Source: Auanema rhodensis
Lineage: Eukaryota; Animalia; Nematoda
DNA: 64,000 nucleotides
Direction: 5' to 3'
Assembly: GCA_964057225.1 (NCBI GenBank)
Contig: CAXKVF010000074.1
Location: 310,001-374,000, forward strand
The position numbers and the translations under genes were made by a program. Position 1 is the first letter of the stretch. Every line of letters starts with the position of its first letter. Shown piece by piece: positions 41,201 to 56,600 of the stretch. The notes beneath the pieces are model-generated. The model worked only from the letters and a program-made list of their open reading frames with translations, was not told the origin of the DNA and did no database searches.

Positions 41201-44200
41201 AACCATGACTTTGAAATTTACGTGAACTTTAATTTATGCTAATTAAATGTACACGTGATGTGCACTTGGTATGTAACTCGCTTCACGTGAAAGAAAAAGA
41301 GATGCGGTTTTCAACATTAGATTCCCCATGTCCATATTAGTCTAAAAACAAATTTTTATTGATATTGGTGCATGGTAACCATGACTTTGAAATTTACGTG
41401 AACTTTAATTTATGCTAATTAAATGTACACGTGATGTGCACTTGGTATGTAACTCGCTTCACGTGAAAGATAAAGTGATGCGGTTTTCAAAATTAGATTC
41501 CCCATGTCCATATTAGTCTAAAAACAAATTTTTATTGATATTGGTTCATGGTAACCATGACTTTGAAATTTACGTGAACTTTAATTTATGCTAATTAAAT
41601 GTACACGTGATGTGCACTTGGTATGTAACTCGCTTCACGTGAAAGATAAAGAGATGCGGTTTTCAAAATTTGATTCCCCATGTCCATATTAGTCTAAAAA
41701 CAAATTTTTATTGATATTGGTTCATGGTAACCATGACTTTGAAAATTACGTGAACTTTAATTTATGCTAATTAAATAAACACGTGATGTGCACTTGGTAT
41801 GTAACTCGCTTCACGTGAAAGATAAAGAAATGCGGTTTTCAAAATTAGATTCCACATGTCCATATTAGTCTAAAAACAAATTTTTATTGATATTCGTTCA
41901 TGGTAACCATGACTTTGAAATTTACGTGAACTTTAATTTATGCTAATTAATTGTACACGTGATGTGCACTTGGTATGTAACTCGCTTCACGTGAAAGATA
42001 AAGAGATGCGGTTTTCAAAATTAGATTCCTCATGTCCATATTAGTCTAAAAACAAATTTTTATTGATATTGGTGCATGGTAACCATGACTTTGAAATTTA
42101 CGTGAACTTTAATTTATGCTAATTAAATGTACACGTGATGTGCACTTGGTATGTAACTCGCTTCACGTGAAAGATAAAGAGATGCGGTTTTCAAAATTAG
42201 ATTCCCCATGTCCATATTAGTCTAAAAACAAATTTTTATTGATATTGGTGCATGGTAACCATGACTTTGAAATTTACGTGAACTTTAATTTATGCTAATT
42301 AAATGTACACGTGATGTGCACTTGGTATGTAACTCGCTTCACGTGAAAGATAAAGAGATGCGGTTTTCAAAATTAGATTCCCCATGTCCATATTAGTCTA
42401 AAAACAGATTTTTATTGATATTGGTGCATGGTAACCATGACTTTGAAATTTACGTGAACTTCAATTTATGCTAATTAAATGTACACGTGATGTGCACTTG
42501 GTATGTAACTCGCTTCACGTGGACGATAAAGAGATGCGGTTTTCAAAATTAGATTCCCCATGTCCATATTAGTCTAAAAAAAAATTTTTATTGATATTGG
42601 TGCATGGTAACCATGACTTTGAAATTTACGTGAACTTTAATTTATGCTAATTAAATGTACACTTGATGTGCACTTGGTATGTAACTCGCTTCACGTGAAA
42701 GATAAAGAGATGCGGTTTTCAAAATTAGATTGCCCATGTCCATATTAGTCTAAAAACAAATTTTTATTGATATTGGTGCATGGTAACCATGACTTTGAAA
42801 TTTACGTGAACTTTAATTTATGCTAATTAAATGTACACGTGATGTGCACTTGGTATGTAACTCGCTTCACGTGAAAGATAAAGAGATGCGGTTTTCAACA
42901 TTAGATTCCCCATGTCCATATTAGTCTAAAAACAAATTTTTATTGATATTGGTTCATGGTAACCATGACTTTGAAATTTACGTGAACTTTAATTTATGCT
43001 AATTAAATGTACACGTGATGTGCACTTGGTATGTAACTCGCTTCACGTGAAAGATAAAGAGATGCGGTTTTCAAAATTTGATTCCCCATGTCCATATTAG
43101 TCTAAAAACAAATTTTTATTGATATTGGTGCATGGTAACCATGACTTTGAAATTTACGTGAACTTTAATTTATGCTAATTAAATGTACACGTGATGTGCA
43201 CTTGGTATGTAACTCGCTTCACGTGAAAGATAAAGAGATGCGGTTTTCAAAATTAGATTCCTCATGTCCATATTAGTCTAAAAACAAATTTTTATTGATA
43301 TTGGTGCATGGTAACCATGACTTTGAAATTTACGTGAACTTTAATTTATGCTAATTAAATGTACACGTGATGTGCACTTGGTATGTAACTCGCTTCACGT
43401 GAAAGATAAAGAGATGCGGTTTTCAAAATTAGATTCCCCATGTCCATATTAGTCTAAAAACAAATTTTTATTGATATTGGTTCATGGTAACCATGACTTT
43501 GAAATTTACGTGAACTTTAATTTATGCTAATTAAATGTACACGTGATGTGCACTTGGTATGTAACTCGCTTCACGTGAAAGATAAAGAGATGCGGTTTTC
43601 AAAATTTGATTCCCCATGTCCATATTAGTCTAAAAACAAATTTTTATTGATATTGGTGCATGGTAACCATGACTTTGAAATTTACGTGAACTTTAATTTA
43701 TGCTAATTAAATGTACACGTGATGTGCACTTGGTATGTAACTCGCTTCACGTGAAAGATAAAGAGATGCGGTTTTCAACATTAGATTCCCCATGTCCATA
43801 TTAGTCTAAAAACAAATTTTTATTGATATTGGTTCATGGTAACCATGACTTTGAAATTTACGTGAACTTTAATTTATGCTAATTAAATGTACACGTGATG
43901 TGCACTTGGTATGTAACTCGCTTCACGTGAAAGATAAAGAGATGCGGTTTTCAAAATTTGATTCCCCATGTCCATATTAGTCTAAAAACAAATTTTTATT
44001 GATATTGGTGCATGGTAACCATGACTTTGAAATTTACGTGAACTTTAATTTATGCTAATTAAATGTACACGTGATGTGCACTTGGTATGTAACTCGCTTC
44101 ACGTGAAAGATAAAGAGATGCGGTTTTCAAAATTAGATTCCTCATGTCCATATTAGTCTAAAAACAAATTTTTATTGATATTGGTGCATGGTAACCATGA

Positions 44201-47200
44201 CTTTGAAATTTACGTGAACTTTAATTTATGCTAATTAAATGTACACGTGATGTGCACTTGGTATGTAACTCGCTTCACGTGAAAGATAAAGAGATGCGGT
44301 TTTCAAAATTAGATTCCCCATGTCCATATTAGTCTAAAAACAAATTTTTATTGATATTGGTTCATGGTAACCATGACTTTGAAATTTACGTGAACTTTAA
44401 TTTATGCTAATTAAATGTACACGTGATGTGCACTTGGTATGTAACTCGCTTCACGTGAAAGATAAAGAGATGCGGTTTTCAAAATTTGATTCCCCATGTC
44501 CATATTAGTCTAAAAACAAATTTTTATTGATATTGGTGCATGGTAACCATGACTTTGAAATTTACGTGAACTTTAATTTATGCTAATTAAATGTACACGT
44601 GATGTGCACTTGGTATGTAACTCGCTTCACGTGAAAGATAAAGAGATGCGGTTTTCAAAATTAGATTCCTCATGTCCATATTAGTCTAAAAACAAATTTT
44701 TATTGATATTGGTTCATGGTAACCATGACTTTGAAATTTACGTGAACTTTAATTTATGCTAATTAAATATACACGTGATGTGCACTTGGTATGTAACTCG
44801 CTTCACGTGAAAGATAAAGTGATGCGGTTTTCAAAATTAGATTCCCCATGTCCATATTAGTCTAAAAACAAATTTTTATTGATATTGGTTCATGGTAACC
44901 ATGACTTTGAAATTTACGTGAACTTTAATTTATGCTATTTAAATGTACACGTGATGTGCACTTGGTATGTAACTCGCTTCACGTGAAAGATAAAGAGATG
45001 CGGTTTTCAAAATTAGATTCCCCATGTCCATATTAGTCTAAAAACAAATTTTTATTGATATTGGTGCATGTTAACCATGACTTTGAAATTTACGTGAACT
45101 TTAATTTATGCTAATTAAATGTACACGTGATGTGCACTTGGTATGTAACTCGCTTCACGTGAAAGATAAAGAGATGCGGTTTTTAAAATTAGATTCCTCA
45201 TGTCCATATTAGTCTAAAAACAAATTTTTATTGATATTGGTGCATGGTAACCATGACTTTGAAATTTACGTGAACTTTAATTTATGCTAATTAAATGTAC
45301 ACGTGATGTGCACTTGGTATGTAACTCGCTTCACGTGAAAGATAAAGTGATGCGGTTTTCAAAATTAGATTCCCCATGTCCATATTAGTCTAAAAACAAA
45401 TTTTTATTGATATTGGTTCATGGTAACCATGACTTTGAAATTTACGTGAACTTTAATTTATGCTAATTAAATGTACACGTGATGTGCACTTGGTATGTAA
45501 CTCGCTTCACGTGAAAGATAAAGAGATGCGGTTTTCAAAATTTGATTCCCCATGTCCATATTAGTCTAAAAACAAATTTTTATTGATATTGGTGCATGGT
45601 AACCATGACTTTGAAATTTACGTGAACTTTAATTTATGCTAATTAAATGTACACGTGATGTGCACTTGGTATGTAACTCGCTTCACGTGAAAGATAAAGA
45701 GATGCGGTTTTCAAAATTAGATTCCTCATGTCCATATTAGTCTAAAAACAAATTTTTATTGATATTGGTGCATGGTAACCATGACTTTGAAATTTACGTG
45801 AACTTTAATTTATGCTAATTAAATGTACACGTGATGTGCACTTGGTATGTAACTCGCTTCACGTGAAAGATAAAGAGATGCGGTTTTCAAAATTAAATTC
45901 CCCATGTCCATATTAGTCTAAAAACAAATTTTTATTGATATTGGTGCATGGTAACCATGACTTTGAAATTTACGTGAACTTTAATTTATGCTAATTAAAT
46001 GTACACGTGATGTGCACTTGGTATGTAACTCGCTTCACGTGAAAGATAAAGAGATGCGGTTTTCAAAATTAGATTCCCCATGTCCATATTAGTCTAAAAA
46101 CAGATTTTTATTGATATTGGTGCATGGTAACCATGACTTTGAAATTTACGTGAACTTTAATTTATGCTAATTAAATGTACACGTGATGTGCACTTGGTAT
46201 GTAACTCGCTTCACGTGGACGATAAAGAGATGCGGTTTTCAAAATTAGATTCCCCATGTCCATATTAGTCTAAAAAAAAATTTTTATTGATATTGGTGCA
46301 TGGTAACCATGACTTTGAAATTTACGTGAACTTTAATTTATGCTAATTAAATGTACACTTGATGTGCACTTGGTATGTAACTCGCTTCACGTGAAAGATA
46401 AAGAGATGCGGTTTTCAAAATTAGATTGCCCATGTCCATATTAGTCTAAAAACAAATTTTTATTGATATTGGTGCATGGTAACCATGACTTTGAAATTTA
46501 CGTGAACTTTAATTTATGCTAATTAAATGTACACGTGACGTGCACTTGGTATGTAACTCGCTTCACGTGGAAGATAAAGAGATGCGGTTTTCAAAATTAG
46601 ATTCCCCATGTCCATATTAGTCTAAAAACAAATTTTTATTGATATTGGTGCATGGTAACCATGACTTTGAAATTTACGTGAACTTTAATTTATGCTAATT
46701 GAATGTACACGTGATGTGCACTTGGTATGTAACTCGCTTCACGTGAAAGATAAAGAGATGCGGTTTTCAAAATTAGATTGCCCATGTCCATATTAGTCTA
46801 AAAACAAATTTTTATTGATATTGGTGCATGGTAACCATGACTTTGAAATTTACGTGAACTTTAATTTATGCTAATTAAATGTACACGTGATGTGCACTTG
46901 GTATGTAACTCGCTTCACGTGAAAGATAAAGAGATGCGGTTTTCAAAGTTAGATTCCCCATGTCCATATTAGTCTAAAAACGAATTTTTATTGATATTGG
47001 TGCATGGTAACCACGACTTTGAAATTTACGTGAACTTTAATTTATGCTAATTAAATGTACACGTGATGTGCACTTGGTATGTAACTCGCTTCACGTGAAA
47101 GATAAAGAGATGCGGTTTTCAAAATTAGATTCCTCATGTCCATATTAGTCTAAAAACAAATTTTTATTGATATTGGTGCATGGTAACCATGACTTTGAAA

Positions 47201-47522
47201 TTTACGTGAACTTTAATTTATGCTAATTAAATGTACACGTGATGTGCACTTGGTATGTAACTCGCTTCACGTGAAAGATAAAGAGATGCGGTTTTCAAAA
47301 TTAGATTTCTCATGTCCATATTAGTCTAAAAAAAAATTTTTATTGATATTGGTGCATGGTAACCATGACTTTGAAATTTACGTGAACTTTAATTTATGCT
47401 AATTAAATGTACACGTGATGTGCACTTGGTATGTAACTCGCTTCACGTGAAAGATAAAGAGATGCGGTTTTCAAAATTAGATTCCCCATGTCCATATTAG
47501 TCTAAAAAAAAATTTTTATTGA

Positions 47523-47661
47523 TATTGGTGCATGGTAACCATGACTTTGAAATTTACGTGAACTTTAATTTATGCTGATTAAATGTACACTTGATGTGCG
47601 CTTGGTATGTAACTCGCTTCACGTGCATGTCCATATTAGTCTAAAAACAAATTTTTATTGA
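47523..47661 (+). repeat. Truncated 139-bp monomer (37-bp deletion of monomer pos 104-140)
   Basis: Junction CTTCACGTG|CATGTCC at 47625/47626; AAAGATAAAGAGATGCGGTTTTCAAAATTAGATTCCC is missing. Confidence 0.97.
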
Positions 47662-50600
47662 TATTGGTGCATGGTAACCATGACTTTGAAATTTACGTGA
47701 ACTTTAATTTATGCTAATTAAATGTACACGTGATGTGCACTTGGTATGTAACTCGCTTCACGTGAAAGATAAAGAGATGCGGTTTTCAAAGTTAGATTCC
47801 CCATGTCCATATTAGTCTAAAAACGAATTTTTATTGATATTGGTGCATGGTAACCACGACTTTGAAATTTACGTGAACTTTAATTTATGCTAATTAAATG
47901 TACACGTGATGTGCACTTGGTATGTAACTCGCTTCACGTGAAAGATAAAGAGATGCGGTTTTCAAAATTAGATTCCTCATGTCCATATTAGTCTAAAAAC
48001 AAATTTTTATTGATATTGGTGCATGGTAACCATGACTTTGAAATTTACGTGAACTTTAATTTATGCTAATTAAATGTACACGTGATGTGCACTTGGTATG
48101 TAACTCGCTTCACGTGAAAGATAAAGAGATGCGGTTTTCAAAATTAGATTTCTCATGTCCATATTAGTCTAAAAAAAAATTTTTATTGATATTGGTGCAT
48201 GGTAACCATGACTTTGAAATTTACGTGAACTTTAATTTATGCTAATTAAATGTACACGTGATGTGCACTTGGTATGTAACTCGCTTCACGTGAAAGATAA
48301 AGAGATGCGGTTTTCAAAATTAGATTCCCCATGTCCATATTAGTCTAAAAAAAAATTTTTATTGATATTGGTGCATGGTAACCATGACTTTGAAATTTAC
48401 GTGAACTTTAATTTATGCTGATTAAATGTACACTTGATGTGCGCTTGGTATGTAACTCGCTTCACGTGAAAGATAAAGAGATGCGGTTTTCAAAATTAGA
48501 TTCCCCATGTCCATATTAGTCTAAAAACAAATTTTTATTGATATTGGTGCATGGTAACCATGACTTTGAAATTTACGTGAACTTTAATTTATGCTAATTA
48601 AATGTACACGTGATGTGCACTTGGTATGTAACTCGCTTCACGTGAAAGATAAAGAGATGCGGTTTTCAAAATTAGATTCCTCATGTCCATATTAGTCTAA
48701 AAACAAATTTTTATTGATATTGGTGCATGGTAACCATGACTTTGAAATTTACGTGAACTTTAATTTATGCTAATTAAATGTACACGTGATGTGCACTTGG
48801 TATGTAACTCGCTTCACGTGAAAGATAAAGAGATGCGGTTTTCAAAATTAGATTCCCCATGTCCATATTAGTCTAAAAACAAATTTTTATTGATATTGGT
48901 TCATGGTAACCATGACTTTGAAATTTACGTGAACTTTAATTTATGCTAATTAAATGTACACGTGATGTGCACTTGGTATGTAACTCGCTTCACGTGAAAG
49001 ATAAAGAGATGCGGTTTTCAAAATTTGATTCCCCATGTCCATATTAGTCTAAAAACAAATTTTTATTGATATTGGTGCATGGTAACCATGACTTTGAAAT
49101 TTACGTGAACTTTAATTTATGCTAATTAAATGTACACGTGATGTGCACTTGGTATGTAACTCGCTTCACGTGAAAGATAAAGAGATGCGGTTTTCAAAAT
49201 TAGATTCCTCATGTCCATATTAGTCTAAAAACAAATTTTTATTGATATTGGTGCATGGTAACCATGACTTTGAAATTTACGTGAACTTTAATTTATGCTA
49301 ATTAAATGTACACGTGATGTGCACTTGGTATGTAACTCGCTTCACGTGAAAGATAAAGAGATGCGGTTTTCAAAATTAGATTCCCCATGTCCATATTAGT
49401 CTAAAAACAAATTTTTATTGATATTGGTTCATGGTAACCATGACTTTGAAATTTACGTGAACTTTAATTTATGCTAATTAAATGTACACGTGATGTGCAC
49501 TTGGTATGTAACTCGCTTCACGTGAAAGATAAAGAGATGCGGTTTTCAAAATTTGATTCCCCATGTCCATATTAGTCTAAAAACAAATTTTTATTGATAT
49601 TGGTGCATGGTAACCATGACTTTGAAATTTACGTGAACTTTAATTTATGCTAATTAAATGTACACGTGATGTGCACTTGGTATGTAACTCGCTTCACGTG
49701 AAAGATAAAGAGATGCGGTTTTCAAAATTAGATTCCCCCTGTCCATATTAGTCTAAAAACAAATTTTTATTGATATTGGTTCATGGTAACCATGACTTTG
49801 AAATTTACGTGAACTTTAATTTATGCTAATTAAATGTACACGTGATGTGCACTTGGTATGTAACTCGCTTCACGTGAAAGATAAAGAGATGCGGTTTTCA
49901 AAATTTGATTCCCCATGTCCATATTAGTCTAAAAACAAATTTTTATTGATATTGGTGCATGGTAACCATGACTTTGAAATTTACGTGAACTTTAATTTAT
50001 GCTAATTAAATGTACACGTGATGTGCACTTGGTATGTAACTCGCTTCACGTGAAAGATAAAGAGATGCGGTTTTCAAAATTAGATTCCCCATGTCCATAT
50101 TAGTCTAAAAACAAATTTTTATTGATATTGGTTCATGGTAACCATGACTTTGAAATTTACGTGAACTTTAATTTATGCTAATTAAATGTACACGTGATGT
50201 GCACTTGGTATGTAACTCGCTTCACGTGAAAGATAAAGAGATGCGGTTTTCAAAATTAGATTCACCATGTCCATATTAGTCTAAAAACAAATTTTTATTG
50301 ATATTGGTTCATGGTAACCATGACTTTGAATTTTACGTGAACTTTAATTTATGCTAATTAAATGTACACGTGATGTGCACTTGGTATGTAACTCGCTTCA
50401 CGTGAAAGATAAAGAGATGCGGTTTTCAAAATAAGATTCACCATGTCCATATTAGTCTAAAAACAAATTTTTATTGATATTGGTTCATGGTAACCATGAC
50501 TTTGAATTTTACGTGAACTTTAATTTATGCTAATTAAATGTACACGTGATGTGCACTTGGTATGTAACTCGCTTCACGTGAAAGATAAAGAGATGCGGTT

Positions 50601-53600
50601 TTCAAAATTAGATTCACCATGTCCATATTAGTCTAAAAACAAATTTTTATTGATATTGGTTCATGGTAACCATGACTTTGAAATTTACGTGAACTTTAAT
50701 TTATGCTATTTAAATGTACACGTGATGTGCACTTGGTATGTAACTCGCTTCACGTGAAAGATAAAGAGATGCGGTTTTCAAAATTAGATTCCCCATGTCC
50801 ATATTAGTCTAAAAACAAATTTTTATTGATATTGGTGCATGTTAACCATGACTTTGAAATTTACGTGAACTTTAATTTATGCTAATTAAATGTACACGTG
50901 ATGTGCACTTGGTATGTAACTCGCTTCACGTGAAAGATAAAGAGATGCGGTTTTTAAAATTAGATTCCTCATGTCCATATTAGTCTAAAAACAAATTTTT
51001 ATTGATATTGGTGCATGGTAACCATGACTTTGAAATTTACGTGAACTTTAATTTATGCTAATTAAATGTACACGTGATGTGCACTTGGTATGTAACTCGC
51101 TTCACGTGAAAGATAAAGTGATGCGGTTTTCAAAATTAGATTCCCCATGTCCATATTAGTCTAAAAACAAATTTTTATTGATATTGGTTCATGGTAACCA
51201 TGACTTTGAAATTTACGTGAACTTTAATTTATGCTAATTAAATGTACACGTGATGTGCACTTGGTATGTAACTCGCTTCACGTGAAAGATAAAGAGATGC
51301 GGTTTTCAAAATTTGATTCCCCATGTCCATATTAGTCTAAAAACAAATTTTTATTGATATTGGTGCATGGTAACCATGACTTTGAAATTTACGTGAACTT
51401 TAATTTATGCTAATTAAATGTACACGTGATGTGCACTTGGTATGTAACTCGCTTCACGTGAAAGATAAAGAGATGCGGTTTTCAAAATTAGATTCCTCAT
51501 GTCCATATTAGTCTAAAAACAAATTTTTATTGATATTGGTGCATGGTAACCATGACTTTGAAATTTACGTGAACTTTAATTTATGCTAATTAAATGTACA
51601 CGTGATGTGCACTTGGTATGTAACTCGCTTCACGTGAAAGATAAAGAGATGCGGTTTTCAAAATTAGATTCCCCATGTCCATATTAGTCTAAAAACAAAT
51701 TTTTATTGATATTGGTGCATGGTAACCATGACTTTGAAATTTACGTGAACTTTAATTTATGCTAATTAAATGTACACGTGATGTGCACTTGGTATGTAAC
51801 TCGCTTCACGTGAAAGATAAAGAGATGCGGTTTTCAAAATTAGATTCCCCATGTCCATATTAGTCTAAAAACAGATTTTTATTGATATTGGTGCATGGTA
51901 ACCATGACTTTGAAATTTACGTGAACTTCAATTTATGCTAATTAAATGTACACGTGATGTGCACTTGGTATGTAACTCGCTTCACGTGAAAGATAAAGAG
52001 ATGCGGTTTTCAAAATTAGATTCCCCATGTCCATATTAGTCTAAAAACAAATTTTTATTGATATTGGTTCATGGTAACCATGACTTTGAAATTTACGTGA
52101 ACTTTAATTTATGCTAATTAAATGTACACGTGATGTGCACTTGGTATGTAACTCGCTTCACGTGAAAGATAAAGAGATGCGGTTTTCAAAATTAGATTCC
52201 CCATGTCCATATTAGTCTAAAAACAAATTTTTATTGATATTGGTGCATGGTAACCATGACTTTGAAATTTACGTGAACTTTAATTTATGCTAATTAAATG
52301 TACACGTGATGTGCACTTGGTATGTAACTCGCTTCACGTGAAAGATGAAGAGATGCCGTTTTCAAAATTAGATTCCCCATGTCCATATTAGTCTAAAAAC
52401 AAATTTTTATTGATATTGGTGCATGGTAACCATGACTTTGAAATTTACGTGAACTTTAATTTATGCTAATTAAATGTACACGTGATGTGCACTTGGTATG
52501 TAACTCGCTTCACGTGAAAGATAAAGAGATGCGGTTTTCAAAATTAGATTCCCCATGTCCATATTAGTCTAAAAACAAATTTTTATTGATATTGGTGCAT
52601 GGTAACCATGACTTTGAAATTTACGTGAACTTTAATTTATGCTAATTAAATGTACACGTGATGTGCACTTGGTATGTAACTCGCTTCACGTGAAAGATAA
52701 AGAGATGCGGTTTTCAAAATTAGATTCCCCATGTCCATATTAGTCTTAAAACAAATTTTTATTGATATTGGTGCATGGTAACCATGACTTTGAAATTTAC
52801 GTGAACTTTAATTTATGCTAATTAAATGTACACGTGATGTGCACTTGGTATGTAACTCGCTTCACGTGAAAGATAAAGAGATGCGGTTTTCAAAATTAGA
52901 TTCCCCATGTCCATATTAGTCTAAAAACAAATTTTTCTTGATATTGGTTCATGGTAACCATGACTTTGAAATTTACGTGAACTTTAATTTATGCTAATTA
53001 AATGTACACGTGATGTGCACTTGGTATGTAACTCGCTTCACGTGAAAGATAAAGAGATGCGGTTTTCAAAATTAGATTCCCCATGTCCATATTAGTCTAA
53101 AAACAAATTTTTATTGATATTGATGCATGGTAACCATGACTTTGAAATTTACGTGAACTTTAATTTATGCTAATTAAATGTACACGTGATGTGCACTTGG
53201 TATGTAACTCGCTTCACGTGAAAGATGAAGAGATGCGGTTTTCAAAATTAGATTCCTCATGTCCATATTAGTCTAAAAACAAATTTTTATTGATATTGGT
53301 TCATGGTAACCATGACTTTGAAATTTACGTGAACTTTAATTTATGCTAATTAAATGTACACGTGATGTGCACTTGGTATGTAACTCGTTTCACGTGAAAG
53401 ATAAAGAGATGAGGTTTTCAAAATTAGATTCCCCATGTCCATATTAGTCTAAAAACAAATTTTTATTGATATTGGTGCATGGTAACCATGACTTTGAAAT
53501 TTACGTGAACTTTAATTTATGCTAATTAAATGTACACGTGATGTGCACTTGGTATGTAACTCGCTTCACGTGAAAGATAAAGAGATGCGGTTTTCAAAAT

Positions 53601-56600
53601 TAGATTCCCCATGTCCATATTAGTCTAAAAACAAATTTTTATTGATATTGGTGCATGGTAACCATGACTTTGAAATTTACGTGAACTTTAATTTATGCTA
53701 ATTAAATGTACACGTGATGTGCACTTGGTATGTAACTCGCTTCACGTGAAAGATAAAGAGATGCGGTTTTCAAAATTAGATTCCCCATGTCCATATTAGT
53801 CTAAAAACAAATTTTTATTGATATTGGTGCATGGTAACCATGACTTTGAAATTTACGTGAACTTTAATTTATGCTAATTAAATGTACACGTGATGTGCAC
53901 TTGGTATGTAACTCGCTTCACGTGAAAGATAAAGAGATGCGGTTTTCAAAATTAGATTCCCCATGTCCATATTAGTCTAAAAACAAATTTTTATTGATAT
54001 TGGTTTATGGTAACCATGACTTTGAAATTTACGTGAACTTTAATTTATGCTAATTAAATGTACACGTGATGTGCACTTGGTATGTAACTCGCTTCACGTG
54101 AAAGATAAAGAGATGCGGTTTTCAAAATTAGATTCCCCATGTCCATATTAGTCTAAAAACAAATTTTTATTGATATTGGTGCATGGTAACCATGACTTTG
54201 AAATTTACGTGAACTTTAATTTATGCTAATTAAATGTACACGTGATGTGCACTTGGTATGTAACTCGCTTCACGTGAAAGATAAAGAGATGCGGTTTTCA
54301 AAATTAGATTCCCCATGTCCATATTAGTCTAAAAACAAATTTTTATTGATATTGGTGCATGGTAACCATGACTTTGAAATTTACGTGAACTTTAATTTAT
54401 GCTAATTAAATGTACACGTGATGTGCACTTGGTATGTAACTCGCTTCACGTGAAAGATAAAGAGATGCGGTTTTCAAAATTAGATTCCCCATGTCCATAT
54501 TAGTCTTAAAACAAATTTTTATTGATATTGGTGCATGGTAACCATGACTTTGAAATTTACGTGAACTTTAATTTATGCTAATTAAATGTACACGTGATGT
54601 GCACTTGGTATGTAACTCGCTTCACGTGAAAGATAAAGAGATGCGGTTTTCAAAATTAGATTCCCCATGTCCATATTAGTCTAAAAACAAATTTTTATTG
54701 ATATTGATGCATGGTAACCATGACTTTGAAATTTACGTGAACTTTAATTTATGCTAATTAAATGTACACGTGATGTGCACTTGGTATGTAACTCGCTTCA
54801 CGTGAAAGATAAAGAGATGCGGTTTTCAAAATTAGATTCCCCATGTCCATATTAGTCTAAAAACAGATTTTTATTGATATTGGTGCATGGTAACCATGAC
54901 TTTGAAATTTACGTGAACTTCAATTTATGCTAATTAAATGTACACGTGATGTGCACTTGGTATGTAACTCGCTTCACGTGAAAGATAAAGAGATGCGGTT
55001 TTCAAAATTAGATTCCCCATGTCCATATTAGTCTAAAAACAAATTTTTATTGATATTGGTTCATGGTAACCATGACTTTGAAATTTACGTGAACTTTAAT
55101 TTATGCTAATTAAATGTACACGTGATGTGCACTTGGTATGTAACTCGCTTCACGTGAAAGATAAAGAGATGCGGTTTTCAAAATTAGATTCCCCATGTCC
55201 ATATTAGTCTAAAAACAAATTTTTATTGATATTGGTGCATGGTAACCATGACTTTGAAATTTACGTGAACTTTAATTTATGCTAATTAAATGTACACGTG
55301 ATGTGCACTTGGTATGTAACTCGCTTCACGTGAAAGATGAAGAGATGCCGTTTTCAAAATTAGATTCCCCATGTCCATATTAGTCTAAAAACAAATTTTT
55401 ATTGATATTGGTGCATGGTAACCATGACTTTGAAATTTACGTGAACTTTAATTTATGCTAATTAAATGTACACGTGATGTGCACTTGGTATGTAACTCGC
55501 TTCACGTGAAAGATAAAGAGATGCGGTTTTCAAAATTAGATTCCCCATGTCCATATTAGTCTAAAAACAAATTTTTATTGATATTGGTGCATGGTAACCA
55601 TGACTTTGAAATTTACGTGAACTTTAATTTATGCTAATTAAATGTACACGTGATGTGCACTTGGTATGTAACTCGCTTCACGTGAAAGATAAAGAGATGC
55701 GGTTTTCAAAATTAGATTCCCCATGTCCATATTAGTCTAAAAACAAATTTTTATTGATATTGATGCATGGTAACCATGACTTTGAAATTTACGTGAACTT
55801 TAATTTATGCTAATTAAATGTACACGTGATGTGCACTTGGTATGTAACTCGCTTCACGTGAAAGATAAAGAGATGCGGTTTTCAAAATTAGATTCCCCAT
55901 GTCCATATTAGTCTAAAAACAGATTTTTATTGATATTGGTGCATGGTAACCATGACTTTGAAATTTACGTGAACTTCAATTTATGCTAATTAAATGTACA
56001 CGTGATGTGCACTTGGTATGTAACTCGCTTCACGTGAAAGATAAAGAGATGCGGTTTTCAAAATTAGATTCCCCATGTCCATATTAGTCTAAAAACAAAT
56101 TTTTATTGATATTGGTTCATGGTAACCATGACTTTGAAATTTACGTGAACTTTAATTTATGCTAATTAAATGTACACGTGATGTGCACTTGGTATGTAAC
56201 TCGCTTCACGTGAAAGATAAAGAGATGCGGTTTTCAAAATTAGATTCCCCATGTCCATATTAGTCTAAAAACAAATTTTTATTGATATTGGTGCATGGTA
56301 ACCATGACTTTGAAATTTACGTGAACTTTAATTTATGCTAATTAAATGTACACGTGATGTGCACTTGGTATGTAACTCGCTTCACGTGAAAGATGAAGAG
56401 ATGCCGTTTTCAAAATTAGATTCCCCATGTCCATATTAGTCTAAAAACAAATTTTTATTGATATTGGTGCATGGTAACCATGACTTTGAAATTTACGTGA
56501 ACTTTAATTTATGCTAATTAAATGTACACGTGATGTGCACTTGGTATGTAACTCGCTTCACGTGAAAGATAAAGAGATGCGGTTTTCAAAATTAGATTCC

